Under the pieces are notes generated by a model, which was not told the origin of the DNA, did not search any database, and worked only from the letters and a program-made list of their open reading frames with translations. A DNA stretch of 64,000 nt from a virus, in IMG/VR virus record IMGVR_UViG_3300017917_002954, positions 8,041 to 72,040 of that record. One strand, 5' to 3'. Positions 49,226 through 57,638 of this stretch are shown one piece after another (position 1 is the first letter of the stretch; the number at the start of each line of letters is the position of its first letter). A program made the translations under genes and the position numbers.

Positions 49226-49261
49226 AAAAAATGCTGTGACAAAATAATTCACAGCATTTTT
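49226..49261. terminator. Inverted repeat, probable (bidirectional) terminator
   Basis: AAAAATGCTGTGA-N9-TCACAGCATTTTT, a perfect 13-bp stem. Confidence 0.7.
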
Positions 49262-49283
49262 GGGGTGTTTTGGCAAAATTGAC

Positions 49284-49457
49284 CTAGGTCTTTTTCACAA
49301 ATATATAATTGATCACAGCAATACCCCAGAACAGAAGCATTCCAACATAGTCGCCCTGTGCAAAATCAATCAAGCCTGCATGGACTAAAAAACCAATTAG
49401 GAACCAAGTGATTTGAACTTGATTGCTCAGGTACCACGCTCTAAATTTATTCATCAT
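49284..49457 (-). CDS. Small two-TM membrane protein
   Basis: MMNKFRAWY..., 57 aa with two hydrophobic segments and an ATGA overlap. Confidence 0.65.
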   Translation of the reverse strand: MMNKFRAWYLSNQVQITWFLIGFLVHAGLIDFAQGDYVGMLLFWGIAVINYIFVKKT

Positions 49458-49639
49458 TTTGAAACCTCCACACATGTGTATTTGATTACTTTGGTTGTTG
49501 CTGAAGCCATCTTTTTGGCTTCTTCTCCAGCGGCACGACATTCTTGTTGTGTTCTAAAACCCGCAACATTGGTCAATGCCATTGAGTCCTTGTCGCTCAT
49601 GATACCAGCATGAGCAAATAATATCAGTGTCCAAATCAT
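49454..49639 (-). CDS. Small exported/membrane-anchored protein
   Basis: MIWTLILFAHAG..., 61 aa with two Cys and a GGAG SD. Confidence 0.7.
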   Translation of the reverse strand: MIWTLILFAHAGIMSDKDSMALTNVAGFRTQQECRAAGEEAKKMASATTKVIKYTCVEVSK

Positions 49640-49884
49640 TGTTCTACTCCAAATCGTTCTTGTATTTGATATCCAATGTCTTCGATCGAAGCCTTGAGCC
49701 ACGTCTCATTGGTATATTTTGATGCCGCAATGTTGATGCATCTCACACATTCTTCCACAATCAATCCGGCAAAAATATCTAGACCTTCTTGATCAGGATT
49801 GTCTTGTATACCGGCCTGTTGTTTGAGTTGATGTAAAAACTTGTTCATGTACTCGCCTGCTGTGGTAAATTTGAGATCGGTCAT
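49636..49884 (-). CDS. Hypothetical protein
   Basis: 82 aa (FAGLIVEEC...RFGVE) with ATGA overlaps. Confidence 0.7.
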   Translation of the reverse strand: MTDLKFTTAGEYMNKFLHQLKQQAGIQDNPDQEGLDIFAGLIVEECVRCINIAASKYTNETWLKASIEDIGYQIQERFGVEQ

Positions 49885-50084
49885 TGTAGTCTACCCCACT
49901 TGATGTTTGTCCAAATTCTATCGTACAAATAGTAAGAGACCATCCAAATAAAATTGATTACAATGGTTGGACCCAGAGCTTGCGACATACTTTGTCCTGT
50001 GACCAACAGCATTATATAAGTGGTCAGCACAACCCAGCACCTATAGATCAAAGTTTTGACCAGCGTTCTAGTTTTTGTTTCCAT
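49881..50084 (-). CDS. DUF2061-like small membrane protein
   Basis: METKTRTLVKTLIYR...VTG...YYLYDRIWTNIKWG pattern. Confidence 0.65.
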   Translation of the reverse strand: METKTRTLVKTLIYRCWVVLTTYIMLLVTGQSMSQALGPTIVINFIWMVSYYLYDRIWTNIKWGRLQ

Positions 50085-51373
50085 CAGTTCTTGCTTTCTT
50101 CTTCGTAGTAGGCATACTGACCCCAAGGTGGCTCAACAGTTGTAGTACCGTGCAAAATAAACACAGTGTCACAGTAGTTTTCATCACCCCACGAACCAAA
50201 CGGATAACCGTCTGTGAACATGATATGACGTTTGGGTTCAATTTCGTTTTCTTTGAAGTATTCAAACACACAATCAAAGTCTGTACCTCCACCGCCTTGT
50301 ATTTCATAGTCAGTAATTGAATCCAAGTTCTCACTGTCAAACTGCTGTGGATTGTAAACCTGTGTATCAAATGATATCACATGAATACGGTATGCTGAGA
50401 ACTGCTCCATGATACCAGCAGTTTCACTCAAAATGTCTTTGAGTATCCGCTCGCTCATCGAACCTGAAGCATCAATACTGATAGCAATATCAATCATTTC
50501 ATCGTTCTTCATGCCTGGCATCACAGCATCCATGTGCCAACCACGTCTGCTGGCTCGCATCCAGGTAAAGTCACTCTTGATAGTGCTCTCCAACTGCATA
50601 CGCAATAATTCACGCCAGTTCATCTTAGGCTCAGTCATGTCCTGAATAATGCGTTTGACACCAGCTGGCAAATTGCCTGCACCATCTGACGCTTGAGCCG
50701 CGGCTAAAACAGCTTCTTTGATCTCATCGCGGATCTTGGCTTTTTCTGCCGCTGACATCTTTGGACGACCGGAACCCTTGCCATCTTGTTCGCCCTTGCC
50801 ACCACCATCTTGCTCATCGTCTCCGTCCATGTGCTCGTCTAACAACTTGTCAATCAGCTGACTGATATCAATCTTTTCAGCGTTTTCGTACAAGATGTCA
50901 TAGATTTCTTCAGAGCTCTTGCCTTCGTATTTTTGATCATACAAACAAGGCACTGATGTAATGAACTCACCCACACGATGTTTCTTTAAGTCTGCGTTCA
51001 CACAGTAGTCATTGGCAATGTTCCAAAGCTGTGGATCTCTATCACCTCTACGGCCAAAGTGATCATACACACAATGAAGCACTTCATGACCAAACAAGAA
51101 TTCAATTTCTTTGGGTTTGAGCATTTCTACAAAACGAGTGTTATAGTAAAAATTACGTCCGTCTGTTGCGGCAGTAGGACACCACTCGTCGGCGTTCACC
51201 AACTTCAACCTAGTGGCCAAATTACCAAAGAATGAAGCACGGAGTAGGAGTCCTACCCGAGCAGTGATCAACTTTTCACGTACCTGACGATCCAATGCTG
51301 GATCAGTGGCACCCAATAGATTGGCAAACTTGTCTGCGTCTTTGCTATCTGCTGTGGTTCCTTTTGTGCTCAT
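50084..51373 (-). CDS. DUF2201-type metallopeptidase fused to a VWA-like domain
   Basis: TAATDG, HEVLH (HExxH), WNIANDYCVN, DASGS (MIDAS), GGGGTDF and FTDG motifs. Confidence 0.88.
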   Translation of the reverse strand: MSTKGTTADSKDADKFANLLGATDPALDRQVREKLITARVGLLLRASFFGNLATRLKLVNADEWCPTAATDGRNFYYNTRFVEMLKPKEIEFLFGHEVLHCVYDHFGRRGDRDPQLWNIANDYCVNADLKKHRVGEFITSVPCLYDQKYEGKSSEEIYDILYENAEKIDISQLIDKLLDEHMDGDDEQDGGGKGEQDGKGSGRPKMSAAEKAKIRDEIKEAVLAAAQASDGAGNLPAGVKRIIQDMTEPKMNWRELLRMQLESTIKSDFTWMRASRRGWHMDAVMPGMKNDEMIDIAISIDASGSMSERILKDILSETAGIMEQFSAYRIHVISFDTQVYNPQQFDSENLDSITDYEIQGGGGTDFDCVFEYFKENEIEPKRHIMFTDGYPFGSWGDENYCDTVFILHGTTTVEPPWGQYAYYEEESKN

Positions 51374-51400
51374 ATGACTCCTAATTTTTCAGTATGTATT

Positions 51401-51452
51401 ATTATAGCACTTCAACCATTACTGGTCAAGTAGCCGCTAAGTTGTTGATTTT
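51401..51452 (-). promoter_or_regulatory. sigma70 promoter with upstream IHF-consensus site
   Basis: TTGACC-N17-TATAAT at 51429-51401. AATCAACAACTTA at 51450-51438 matches WATCAANNNNTTR. Confidence 0.75.
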
Positions 51453-51470
51453 TAACAAGAAAAAGCACTG

Positions 51471-51737
51471 CTAACCACTGGCAATTAGCAGAGCCATGCT
51501 TATATCTGCTTGATTTTTAACGTAAATTCTACGACGCTTTTTGTCCGTACGCCACATAGGATTGATTATGTGCCGAGGCGGGCTTTGATTATGGTCCCAA
51601 TAGTCTGCGGAACCATAGGTATTTTTTAACCACTCAATGACGCGGTCGGCTTGGTTATGCTCTAAGAAATTATAACGCAGAGCTTGGTCAAAGTCGGGAT
51701 AGTACCTAAACCGACGGTCAAGTTTGATTATCTTCAT
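51471..51737 (-). CDS. Micro-ORF, divergent family member (KLDRR subtype)
   Basis: MKIIKLDRR...RIYVKNQADISMALL, similar to 55634-55978. Confidence 0.7.
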   Translation of the reverse strand: MKIIKLDRRFRYYPDFDQALRYNFLEHNQADRVIEWLKNTYGSADYWDHNQSPPRHIINPMWRTDKKRRRIYVKNQADISMALLIASG

Positions 51738-51948
51738 GGGTATATCTATTGGGTATCTTCTTTAAGGTTTTACGAGCATACTGACCTCCGGCGGAATCAG
51801 CATACATACGAGCTATGTCATCCAGGGCAGTCCACATGATTTCATGTTCATCTTGAAGCTCATAAACACGGTTGCGTAGATTGGTTGCATCCATTATGCT
51901 CATGGTTGCAATTATCAATCGTGCCAGTAGTTGAGCCCAAAATTGCAT
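51718..51948 (-). CDS. Hypothetical protein
   Basis: Fills the gap in the coupled array. Start uncertain. Confidence 0.55.
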   Translation of the reverse strand: MQFWAQLLARLIIATMSIMDATNLRNRVYELQDEHEIMWTALDDIARMYADSAGGQYARKTLKKIPNRYTHEDNQT

Positions 51949-52295
51949 CAGTAGTCAAACTCCAAAGTTGCTATGCCCAGTGGTTGTGACTTGCCATTGC
52001 TGTTGCTGGGTCGAATCCATAGTTGTCCTTGATGGTCACACCACACACGCCATTCGTTGTAGCGAGGATTATACAACACAGCGTCACTGTGTCGTATGAA
52101 TGCTTGATGCCATGAAAATTCCACAGCCCAAGGAGACTGCTCACCACTTAGAACTGCCCAAGCATTTTCTTTTTCAATGTCTGCTCGATTCAGCGGTGTC
52201 CATTCAACTCGACTGTAAAGTCGTTGAGCATCAGGCCGCATTTTTGTAAGCCAATCTTTTTCACGTATCAACACACGACGTCGAACTGTTTTCAT
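51948..52295 (-). CDS. Hypothetical Trp-rich protein
   Basis: 115 aa with an ATGA overlap. Confidence 0.65.
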   Translation of the reverse strand: MKTVRRRVLIREKDWLTKMRPDAQRLYSRVEWTPLNRADIEKENAWAVLSGEQSPWAVEFSWHQAFIRHSDAVLYNPRYNEWRVWCDHQGQLWIRPSNSNGKSQPLGIATLEFDY

Positions 52296-52597
52296 TGTTC
52301 AGTTAGGTATTTTAATTGAAACCAGCTCTGTGCTGATTCGTTAAAAAAGTCCAAATGTACTTGGTCCTCATAATGATATCGATGACGAAATTCTTCTTGC
52401 AACCATTCACCGTCATCGTTGTATTCATTTGGTGCCAGTCCACGATGATGCCTAATAGTAAACCCTAGTTCTTTTTTGAGCTTCCAGGATATCATGGTCA
52501 TGCTTCGGCCATATTCGTCATCTATTCTACGATGTATTTCGTACCACTCGTGTAGCTTGTGAAATATGATCAAGTTTTTTCTAACAGTGATCTTCAT
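52292..52597 (-). CDS. Micro-ORF, FxL[RK][WFY] family
   Basis: Ends LDFFNESAQSWFQLKY. Confidence 0.75.
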   Translation of the reverse strand: MKITVRKNLIIFHKLHEWYEIHRRIDDEYGRSMTMISWKLKKELGFTIRHHRGLAPNEYNDDGEWLQEEFRHRYHYEDQVHLDFFNESAQSWFQLKYLTEQ

Positions 52598-52860
52598 TAC
52601 AGTTCCTTGGCCTGTAGTTTAATCCAGGTCATTTCTTGTGGATGGCACGGTTTATGTACATCACGCCCGTGTTCTCTAACTAGTGTAAGCCCATTGGCAT
52701 TTTCCAACCAAACACGACTGGCCATTTGAAAACAGGCATTGTGTAGAATTTTCTGCCCTTTGCTACAGTCTTCAGGATGATAACCACGTTGAAACGCATA
52801 ACGCACTGGTTCGTTGAACAACTTGGTACCAACAGGAAATTCGTAGTAGTAATCAATCAT
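52597..52860 (-). CDS. Hypothetical protein
   Basis: Likely start 52860. Ends EMTWIKLQAKEL. Confidence 0.65.
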   Translation of the reverse strand: MIDYYYEFPVGTKLFNEPVRYAFQRGYHPEDCSKGQKILHNACFQMASRVWLENANGLTLVREHGRDVHKPCHPQEMTWIKLQAKEL

Positions 52861-53129
52861 TCTGGTTTGGCCAAACAATAGTGTAGGTAAATCTTTTCTC
52901 CCATGACCAATCGATCAAAGGTAATGTTCCATCCGGCGGGCCCTGCATTATATTGATCTTTGTAGTTTTCTTTCAACCAATATTCTGTCTCCATGCGACG
53001 CCTTACACGATACATCCAAGTGTTCTTCCAACAATGAGCATCTGAATCCCAATAGGTTTTATAAGTTTTATCCACATCTTTAGGAACAATTTCTACTTCG
53101 TCTATGGGTTGATACGGTTGCCAGGTCAT
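52857..53129 (-). CDS. Micro-ORF, possible divergent family member
   Basis: Likely start 53129. WLKENY...LVMGEKIYLHYCL. Confidence 0.65.
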   Translation of the reverse strand: MTWQPYQPIDEVEIVPKDVDKTYKTYWDSDAHCWKNTWMYRVRRRMETEYWLKENYKDQYNAGPAGWNITFDRLVMGEKIYLHYCLAKPE

Positions 53130-53398
53130 TGTCGGATCTTCCACTTTAAAGCAAACATTGTAGCATCTTTAGCGTTTTCAATCAACCATGTACCTCGGTG
53201 TTCACGGTGCTCTCCGGTAAAGTTATCATCCGCCCAATTCTTCACAGTGTTCCAGCCTTGCCCAGAATCAGGATCATAATCAACGTTAAGCACTGTCCAC
53301 CCAAAGCCTTGTAAGACATCGCACAGAATCACAAAGTCCATGCTTTGCTCCATGCCTTTGGCTAGATCATTCAATACTTGTTCTTGTAGATCACTCAT
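53126..53398 (-). CDS. Micro-ORF, FxL[RK]W family
   Basis: Ends WLIENAKDATMFALKW. Confidence 0.75.
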   Translation of the reverse strand: MSDLQEQVLNDLAKGMEQSMDFVILCDVLQGFGWTVLNVDYDPDSGQGWNTVKNWADDNFTGEHREHRGTWLIENAKDATMFALKWKIRQ

Positions 53399-53697
53399 GC
53401 AAACCTCAACAAATCAAATTCATCTGCATAGTGATACCAACTCCAGTCGTCATGATCAACATAGTCATTGCCTACAGTTCTATACACAGTGGTCCACCAC
53501 GCAACTTGATCGGACACAGTACGAATTGGTCTCCAAGCAAACCACGGTTGCCATTGATGAATTGTGCGTTTTGAGACCCATCGAGCTCGTCGCCAACTTG
53601 GACGTTGATAATCCAGTATCCAGCGCCAACCCACTACCCCTAAAAACAAGCTGGCCACAACAATACCAGACAATGCAAACATAACCGCTCGTTCCAT
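53395..53697 (-). CDS. Micro-ORF, FAWxP family, with N-terminal TM helix
   Basis: WQPWFAWRPI...WWTTVYR...Y.DEFDLL. Confidence 0.7.
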   Translation of the reverse strand: MERAVMFALSGIVVASLFLGVVGWRWILDYQRPSWRRARWVSKRTIHQWQPWFAWRPIRTVSDQVAWWTTVYRTVGNDYVDHDDWSWYHYADEFDLLRFA

Positions 53698-53915
53698 TAC
53701 GCAAAACTCAACTGAAACATCACAGCATCGCGTTCATGCTCAAACCAAAAATCCCAGTTAAATTCAACCCAAGAATCCCATGCACAGTTCTTTCTACACC
53801 ATTTTCTTGCTTGCTCTCGTTTGGGAGTAATTGATCCGGGTGCGGCGATCTTTATACGATACCAATCAGCTTCGTGTAGGCTTTCCAGAGTATAAGTTTG
53901 CAATGCCAAGCCCAT
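53697..53915 (-). CDS. Micro-ORF, FxL[RK]W family
   Basis: WCRKNC...FWFEHERDAVMFQLSFA. Confidence 0.75.
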   Translation of the reverse strand: MGLALQTYTLESLHEADWYRIKIAAPGSITPKREQARKWCRKNCAWDSWVEFNWDFWFEHERDAVMFQLSFA

Positions 53916-54166
53916 TATGACCACCGTAATTGAAATAACATCATATCCGCTTCATTTTTAAAATGCCAACGATAGTTGTTTGATAGTTTGCCGTGGCTGT
54001 CGTGCCCTATCCACAGCACAGTCCACGTTCCTAAACGTGATTGGTGCTGACTTTCTACTAGTCCCCAACGTGGTCCAAATTGCTGATAACACCATTCCTT
54101 GGGTGACCATATGGTGTGATTATTGATGCGTTCAATGATCGCGGTATAAGGTAAAGTACGGCTCAT
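53915..54166 (-). CDS. Micro-ORF, FxL[RK]W family
   Basis: EWCYQQFG...WHFKNEADMMLFQLRWS. Confidence 0.75.
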   Translation of the reverse strand: MSRTLPYTAIIERINNHTIWSPKEWCYQQFGPRWGLVESQHQSRLGTWTVLWIGHDSHGKLSNNYRWHFKNEADMMLFQLRWS

Positions 54167-54396
54167 GCCCACCTCAACTTAAACATGGTCATTTGTTCAT
54201 CTGTGTCAAAAAAGAACTTGTTGTAGCCCGAACGTTGACCGCAACTGTGTTCTCTGCACCATGCGTCCACAGTCTGCATGTCAGCATCGTTGGCTATGTC
54301 AAAATATCCAGGTTCTGTCACTGGCTCAAGTCGAACATAACCCGGAAAGTGGTCAACATCCGACACTGTATATTTGGTGCCGTTGATTGTGGCCAT
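54163..54396 (-). CDS. Micro-ORF, FxL[RK]W family
   Basis: AWCREH...FFFDTDEQMTMFKLRWA. Confidence 0.75.
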   Translation of the reverse strand: MATINGTKYTVSDVDHFPGYVRLEPVTEPGYFDIANDADMQTVDAWCREHSCGQRSGYNKFFFDTDEQMTMFKLRWA

Positions 54397-54605
54397 TAGG
54401 CGAACCTCAACAAGAACATTGTGTACTTTTGTTCGTCGTCGATATTGATGTAATTAAATCTGTGATCAATACCCCAAGTGTGTAGCATCCAATCTTGAAA
54501 GTGCTCATTGCTAGATGCTGGTCCAAACTCAGATCTATAGTGTTCACGAACACGGTTATAGGCATCCCAGCTGATCTTGGTTCGATCCATCATTACTACT
54601 GTCAT
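54396..54605 (-). CDS. Micro-ORF, FxL[RK]W family
   Basis: DWMLHTWG...IDDEQKYTMFLLRFA. Confidence 0.75.
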   Translation of the reverse strand: MTVVMMDRTKISWDAYNRVREHYRSEFGPASSNEHFQDWMLHTWGIDHRFNYINIDDEQKYTMFLLRFA

Positions 54606-54826
54606 GCAAACCTCAACATAAAAGCAGTGTAGTCACTGTCGTTGGGAAACTCAATCCAGTATTCAGTGTCATTCCAAAAGTATTGCCTGTGATGCTTGTG
54701 ATGTAGACCAAAATGCTCGCGCCATAGCGCACCCATCACGGTGGGTGTCACAGGATTCATGTCCATTATCTCTCGACTGGCACGGTTGTATGCTTCGCCT
54801 AGTTCTTTCTGTGTGGTTCTAATCAT
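54602..54826 (-). CDS. Micro-ORF, FxL[RK]W family
   Basis: Likely start 54826. WREHFG...IEFPNDSDYTAFMLRFA. Confidence 0.75.
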   Translation of the reverse strand: MIRTTQKELGEAYNRASREIMDMNPVTPTVMGALWREHFGLHHKHHRQYFWNDTEYWIEFPNDSDYTAFMLRFA

Positions 54827-55050
54827 TCGGTGCCCCAACGCAATACAAAAAACATGTAATCTTGTTCGTTGTGAAACTGATAGCATGTAGGACTCCATCC
54901 AGCCCAACAGTATCTACGACCTTTTTCGTTGCGGCCAAAGTTTTTTTCCAACCATTCGCAACGTTCAATAGATTGACTCCAATGCGTTTCCTGAGGACAC
55001 ACACTGTATTTCCAATACCTAATGCTACGTCTTCTTTGTTTTGCGTTCAT
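54823..55050 (-). CDS. Micro-ORF, FxL[RK]W family
   Basis: EWLEKNFG...YQFHNEQDYMFFVLRWG. Confidence 0.75.
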   Translation of the reverse strand: MNAKQRRRSIRYWKYSVCPQETHWSQSIERCEWLEKNFGRNEKGRRYCWAGWSPTCYQFHNEQDYMFFVLRWGTE

Positions 55051-55238
55051 GCGTCTTTTAATACATCAAATACGTTGCCATACTCCCAACCCTGATCGGG
55101 ATATACCATTCTGTTTCGACTGCGACGATACACACGTCGCAACCAATGCCACGAACCGTGAATGTCCTGTACTGGCTTCCAAGCAAATACCGGTTCCCAA
55201 GGTCCTTGCGGTCCACGAAATTTGATCAATTCTGCCAC
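55047..55238 (-). CDS. Micro-ORF, FAWxP family
   Basis: WEPVFAWKPV...WLRRVYR...YGNVFDVL. GTG start is uncertain. Confidence 0.7.
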   Translation of the reverse strand: MAELIKFRGPQGPWEPVFAWKPVQDIHGSWHWLRRVYRRSRNRMVYPDQGWEYGNVFDVLKDA

Positions 55239-55450
55239 CTTAACATAAACATCATCAAGTCCTGCTCAGTATCCAGTGTTATGACCATGCCCATTTGATG
55301 ATCACGACCACGTGGTAAATTGGTGTCCATCCACTCTAGTATTGCTGTTTCGTTATCGGCCCACCACATGTAGTCTGCAATCATTACCAGCTGTGCCTTA
55401 GATGCAGGACTATGGGCCGGAATAAATCGTTGATGATGTACAGTTGACAT
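55226..55450 (-). CDS. Micro-ORF, FxL[RK]W family
   Basis: EWMDTNL...ITLDTEQDLMMFMLRW. Confidence 0.75.
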   Translation of the reverse strand: MSTVHHQRFIPAHSPASKAQLVMIADYMWWADNETAILEWMDTNLPRGRDHQMGMVITLDTEQDLMMFMLRWQN

Positions 55451-55452
55451 GT

Positions 55453-55653
55453 CTATGACCATCGTAGACTGAATAACAATGCGTCATCTACTGATTCAAA
55501 CTGTGCTCTACGAACAGCAGTACCAGGTATGCCCCAAATACGATAATCGCCTGTGCAATTATCTCTGCACCAGGCATGTATGAGTTCAATGTCCTCATAG
55601 CTTTTCAACCGAGCTCGAACTTCAGTCCAAGGTTTAGAAGAGGGGGTCATCAC
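55453..55653 (-). CDS. Micro-ORF, FxL[RK]W family
   Basis: AWCRDNC...AQFESVDDALLFSLRWS. Confidence 0.75.
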   Translation of the reverse strand: MMTPSSKPWTEVRARLKSYEDIELIHAWCRDNCTGDYRIWGIPGTAVRRAQFESVDDALLFSLRWS

Positions 55654-55978
55654 TGATATCCCGGGGAAAACTTAACGTAAACCAGTTCAGTGTAGCATCA
55701 TCTTTGACATACAATCTATATTCATCATATTTTATTGAATACGCCCAGTGTTTGTTGTATTCCCCCACTGCTGAACTTTCCTTAATTATCTCCTCGCGAG
55801 TTTCTACATCTGTACTCCACCCAAACTTTTCGTTGAACCAACGTCGGCATTTGTCAAACTCCAACACACCCGATCTTAGATTTGGAGCATAACTCTTGGG
55901 ACGCTTGAATTCAATCATCCACTGAAAGTCGTGATGCCAACTGTGCCTACGGTCTAATTTGACTACAGTGTATTTCAT
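55634..55978 (-). CDS. Micro-ORF, family member (KLDRR subtype)
   Basis: MKYTVVKLDRR...RWFNEKFG...RLYVKDDATLNWFTLSF. Confidence 0.75.
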   Translation of the reverse strand: MKYTVVKLDRRHSWHHDFQWMIEFKRPKSYAPNLRSGVLEFDKCRRWFNEKFGWSTDVETREEIIKESSAVGEYNKHWAYSIKYDEYRLYVKDDATLNWFTLSFPRDISDDPLF

Positions 55979-56169
55979 GTTTGAGGCCATTTCAATCTAA
56001 ACATTGTACGAACCGCAGGATCAGAAATAATCAACATGTGTTCTTGTACTATCTGCGGTGTCATGTCCAAGAACTTGCGAATCTCTGCTTGATTGTTGAT
56101 CCACCAAATACGATTCATGATAACACACAGCTCTGGTGTACCCAAGTCGTCGCAGAATTCGTAGTTCAT
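55975..56169 (-). CDS. Micro-ORF, FxL[RK]W family
   Basis: Ends IISDPAVRTMFRLKW. WWINNQAEI resembles WWADNETAI of 55226-55450. Confidence 0.7.
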   Translation of the reverse strand: MNYEFCDDLGTPELCVIMNRIWWINNQAEIRKFLDMTPQIVQEHMLIISDPAVRTMFRLKWPQT

Positions 56170-56176
56170 AATTTAC

Positions 56177-56230
56177 AAAAGGAAGGAGGGCAGTGCGGAC
56201 ACAGCCCTGTGATCACAATCACCACCCTCC
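56177..56230 (-). terminator. GC-rich branched hairpin plus U-tract (terminator/attenuator candidate)
   Basis: GGAGGGTGGTG...CACTGCCCTCC-TTCCTTTT on the minus strand. Confidence 0.55.
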
Positions 56231-56236
56231 AGAACC

Positions 56237-57322
56237 TTAGGCAGATGCCTGTAAAATATACTTGCCGTAGCGTTGATGGAACTCGTCAAAGTTCTTCAAC
56301 TTAGTAGGCTGGAACGGCAAGTTGTATGTGGTAAGAGCAATTCTAGCACCCATCACAACCAACTCTGTTTCAAAGTTCTTCATCATGTAAGCAAAGAAAC
56401 GATCTGCCATTTCATGGAACTGTTTGTCCGCAACCTTGCGCTCTACAGCACCTTTGAGCTCGTAGCACATTGAGATCACCAACGAGTACATAGCTGATAC
56501 TTCTTTGACATCCAAGGTATCTACTTTACCATTCAAGATATCTTCAGGCTTGGGCATACGACCAGCAATCTTGCGATGTGCCATGAACTTCACAGCAAGT
56601 CCTTCACCAATGGTACCAGCAACCAAGTTAGTCACTGTTTCATCATCGCCATCTTCATCGTCAAGCAATTGGCTAACGAATGTCCATGAGCGTGGTGTAG
56701 CAAAAGCACGGCTCGCTGATTTGGCATCAAAGTCATACAAGTCTTGCTTGGCAAAGCTCAAATAACCTACCACGTCCTTGTGGATGTTATTGTTTACTGC
56801 CCACTCTTGCCATGAGCTGAAATCCACTCGCATTTCTTGGTGTACAAAACGGTTGGCCAACGGAGTAGGCATACGGAATGTGACACCTTTGTCTGACTCA
56901 CGATTACCAGCGGCAACAATTACTACATTGTCGGGCAAACGATATTTGCCAATGCGTCGATTCAAGATCAACTGATAAGCCGCGGCCTGTACCGACGGAG
57001 CCGCTGAGTTCATTTCATCCAAAAACAACACAATCACTGGATACTGACTGGCCAATTCTTCGCTGGGCAAATCAATAGGCTCGGCCCAATCCATTTTACC
57101 AAGATCTTTGTTGTAGAACGGAATACCACGAATATCGGTTGGCTCCATCTGACCCAAACGTAGGTCAATCATATAGCCACCTAGTTCTTGAGTGATACCT
57201 TCTACCAACTCTGATTTACCAATACCAGGAGGGCCCCACAAAAAGAGTGGGCGTTGAGCTTTGAATGCTTTGAGAATACTTTTACGGGCCTGGGCCGACG
57301 TGACTGTTCTTGTTTCTGACAT
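56237..57322 (-). CDS. MoxR-like AAA+ ATPase
   Basis: Walker A GPPGIGKS, Walker B LFLDE, AAGN, PLANRF and TPRSW motifs. Confidence 0.92.
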   Translation of the reverse strand: MSETRTVTSAQARKSILKAFKAQRPLFLWGPPGIGKSELVEGITQELGGYMIDLRLGQMEPTDIRGIPFYNKDLGKMDWAEPIDLPSEELASQYPVIVLFLDEMNSAAPSVQAAAYQLILNRRIGKYRLPDNVVIVAAGNRESDKGVTFRMPTPLANRFVHQEMRVDFSSWQEWAVNNNIHKDVVGYLSFAKQDLYDFDAKSASRAFATPRSWTFVSQLLDDEDGDDETVTNLVAGTIGEGLAVKFMAHRKIAGRMPKPEDILNGKVDTLDVKEVSAMYSLVISMCYELKGAVERKVADKQFHEMADRFFAYMMKNFETELVVMGARIALTTYNLPFQPTKLKNFDEFHQRYGKYILQASA

Positions 57323-57366
57323 GGCTGTGTCCTTTCTAGGGGTGATTAAATGTTATTACAAATACT

Positions 57367-57395
57367 ATTATAAGAGATATGTCTTTTGTGGTCAA
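57367..57395 (-). promoter_or_regulatory. sigma70 promoter for the AAA ATPase
   Basis: TTGACC-N17-TATAAT. Confidence 0.8.
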
Positions 57396-57556
57396 GCACC
57401 GTAGTACTCTGGATCACGATCTGCTGATTCCAACTGTTCAACATAGTCTTGAACTTGTGCTTCACTGATGTTGAGTCTTGCGGCAATTTCTGCCACTGTG
57501 GCACCTTGACACAGCATTTCTTCTACATCTGTTGCTAGTCTGCTAAAATATCCCAT
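57392..57556 (-). CDS. Small HTH-like protein
   Basis: MGYFSRLA...GATVAEIAARLNISEAQV. AGGAG SD before ATG 57556. Confidence 0.65.
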   Translation of the reverse strand: MGYFSRLATDVEEMLCQGATVAEIAARLNISEAQVQDYVEQLESADRDPEYYGA

Positions 57557-57587
57557 ACATACTCCTGATTGTTTAGTGTATAACAGT

Positions 57588-57638
57588 ATTATAGCAAAAG
57601 CGTCATTTCTGGTCAACTGTTGCTAAGTTGTTGATTTT
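57588..57638 (-). promoter_or_regulatory. sigma70 promoter with upstream IHF-consensus site
   Basis: TTGACC-N17-TATAAT at 57616-57588, with AATCAACAACTTA at 57636-57624. Confidence 0.75.

Noticed and set aside
51471-56169. CRISPR array, integron cassette array or DGR target array
   Set aside because: No repeated DNA unit, attC-like site, integrase, reverse transcriptase or TR/VR pair was seen. The similarity is only at protein level and the genes overlap directly.
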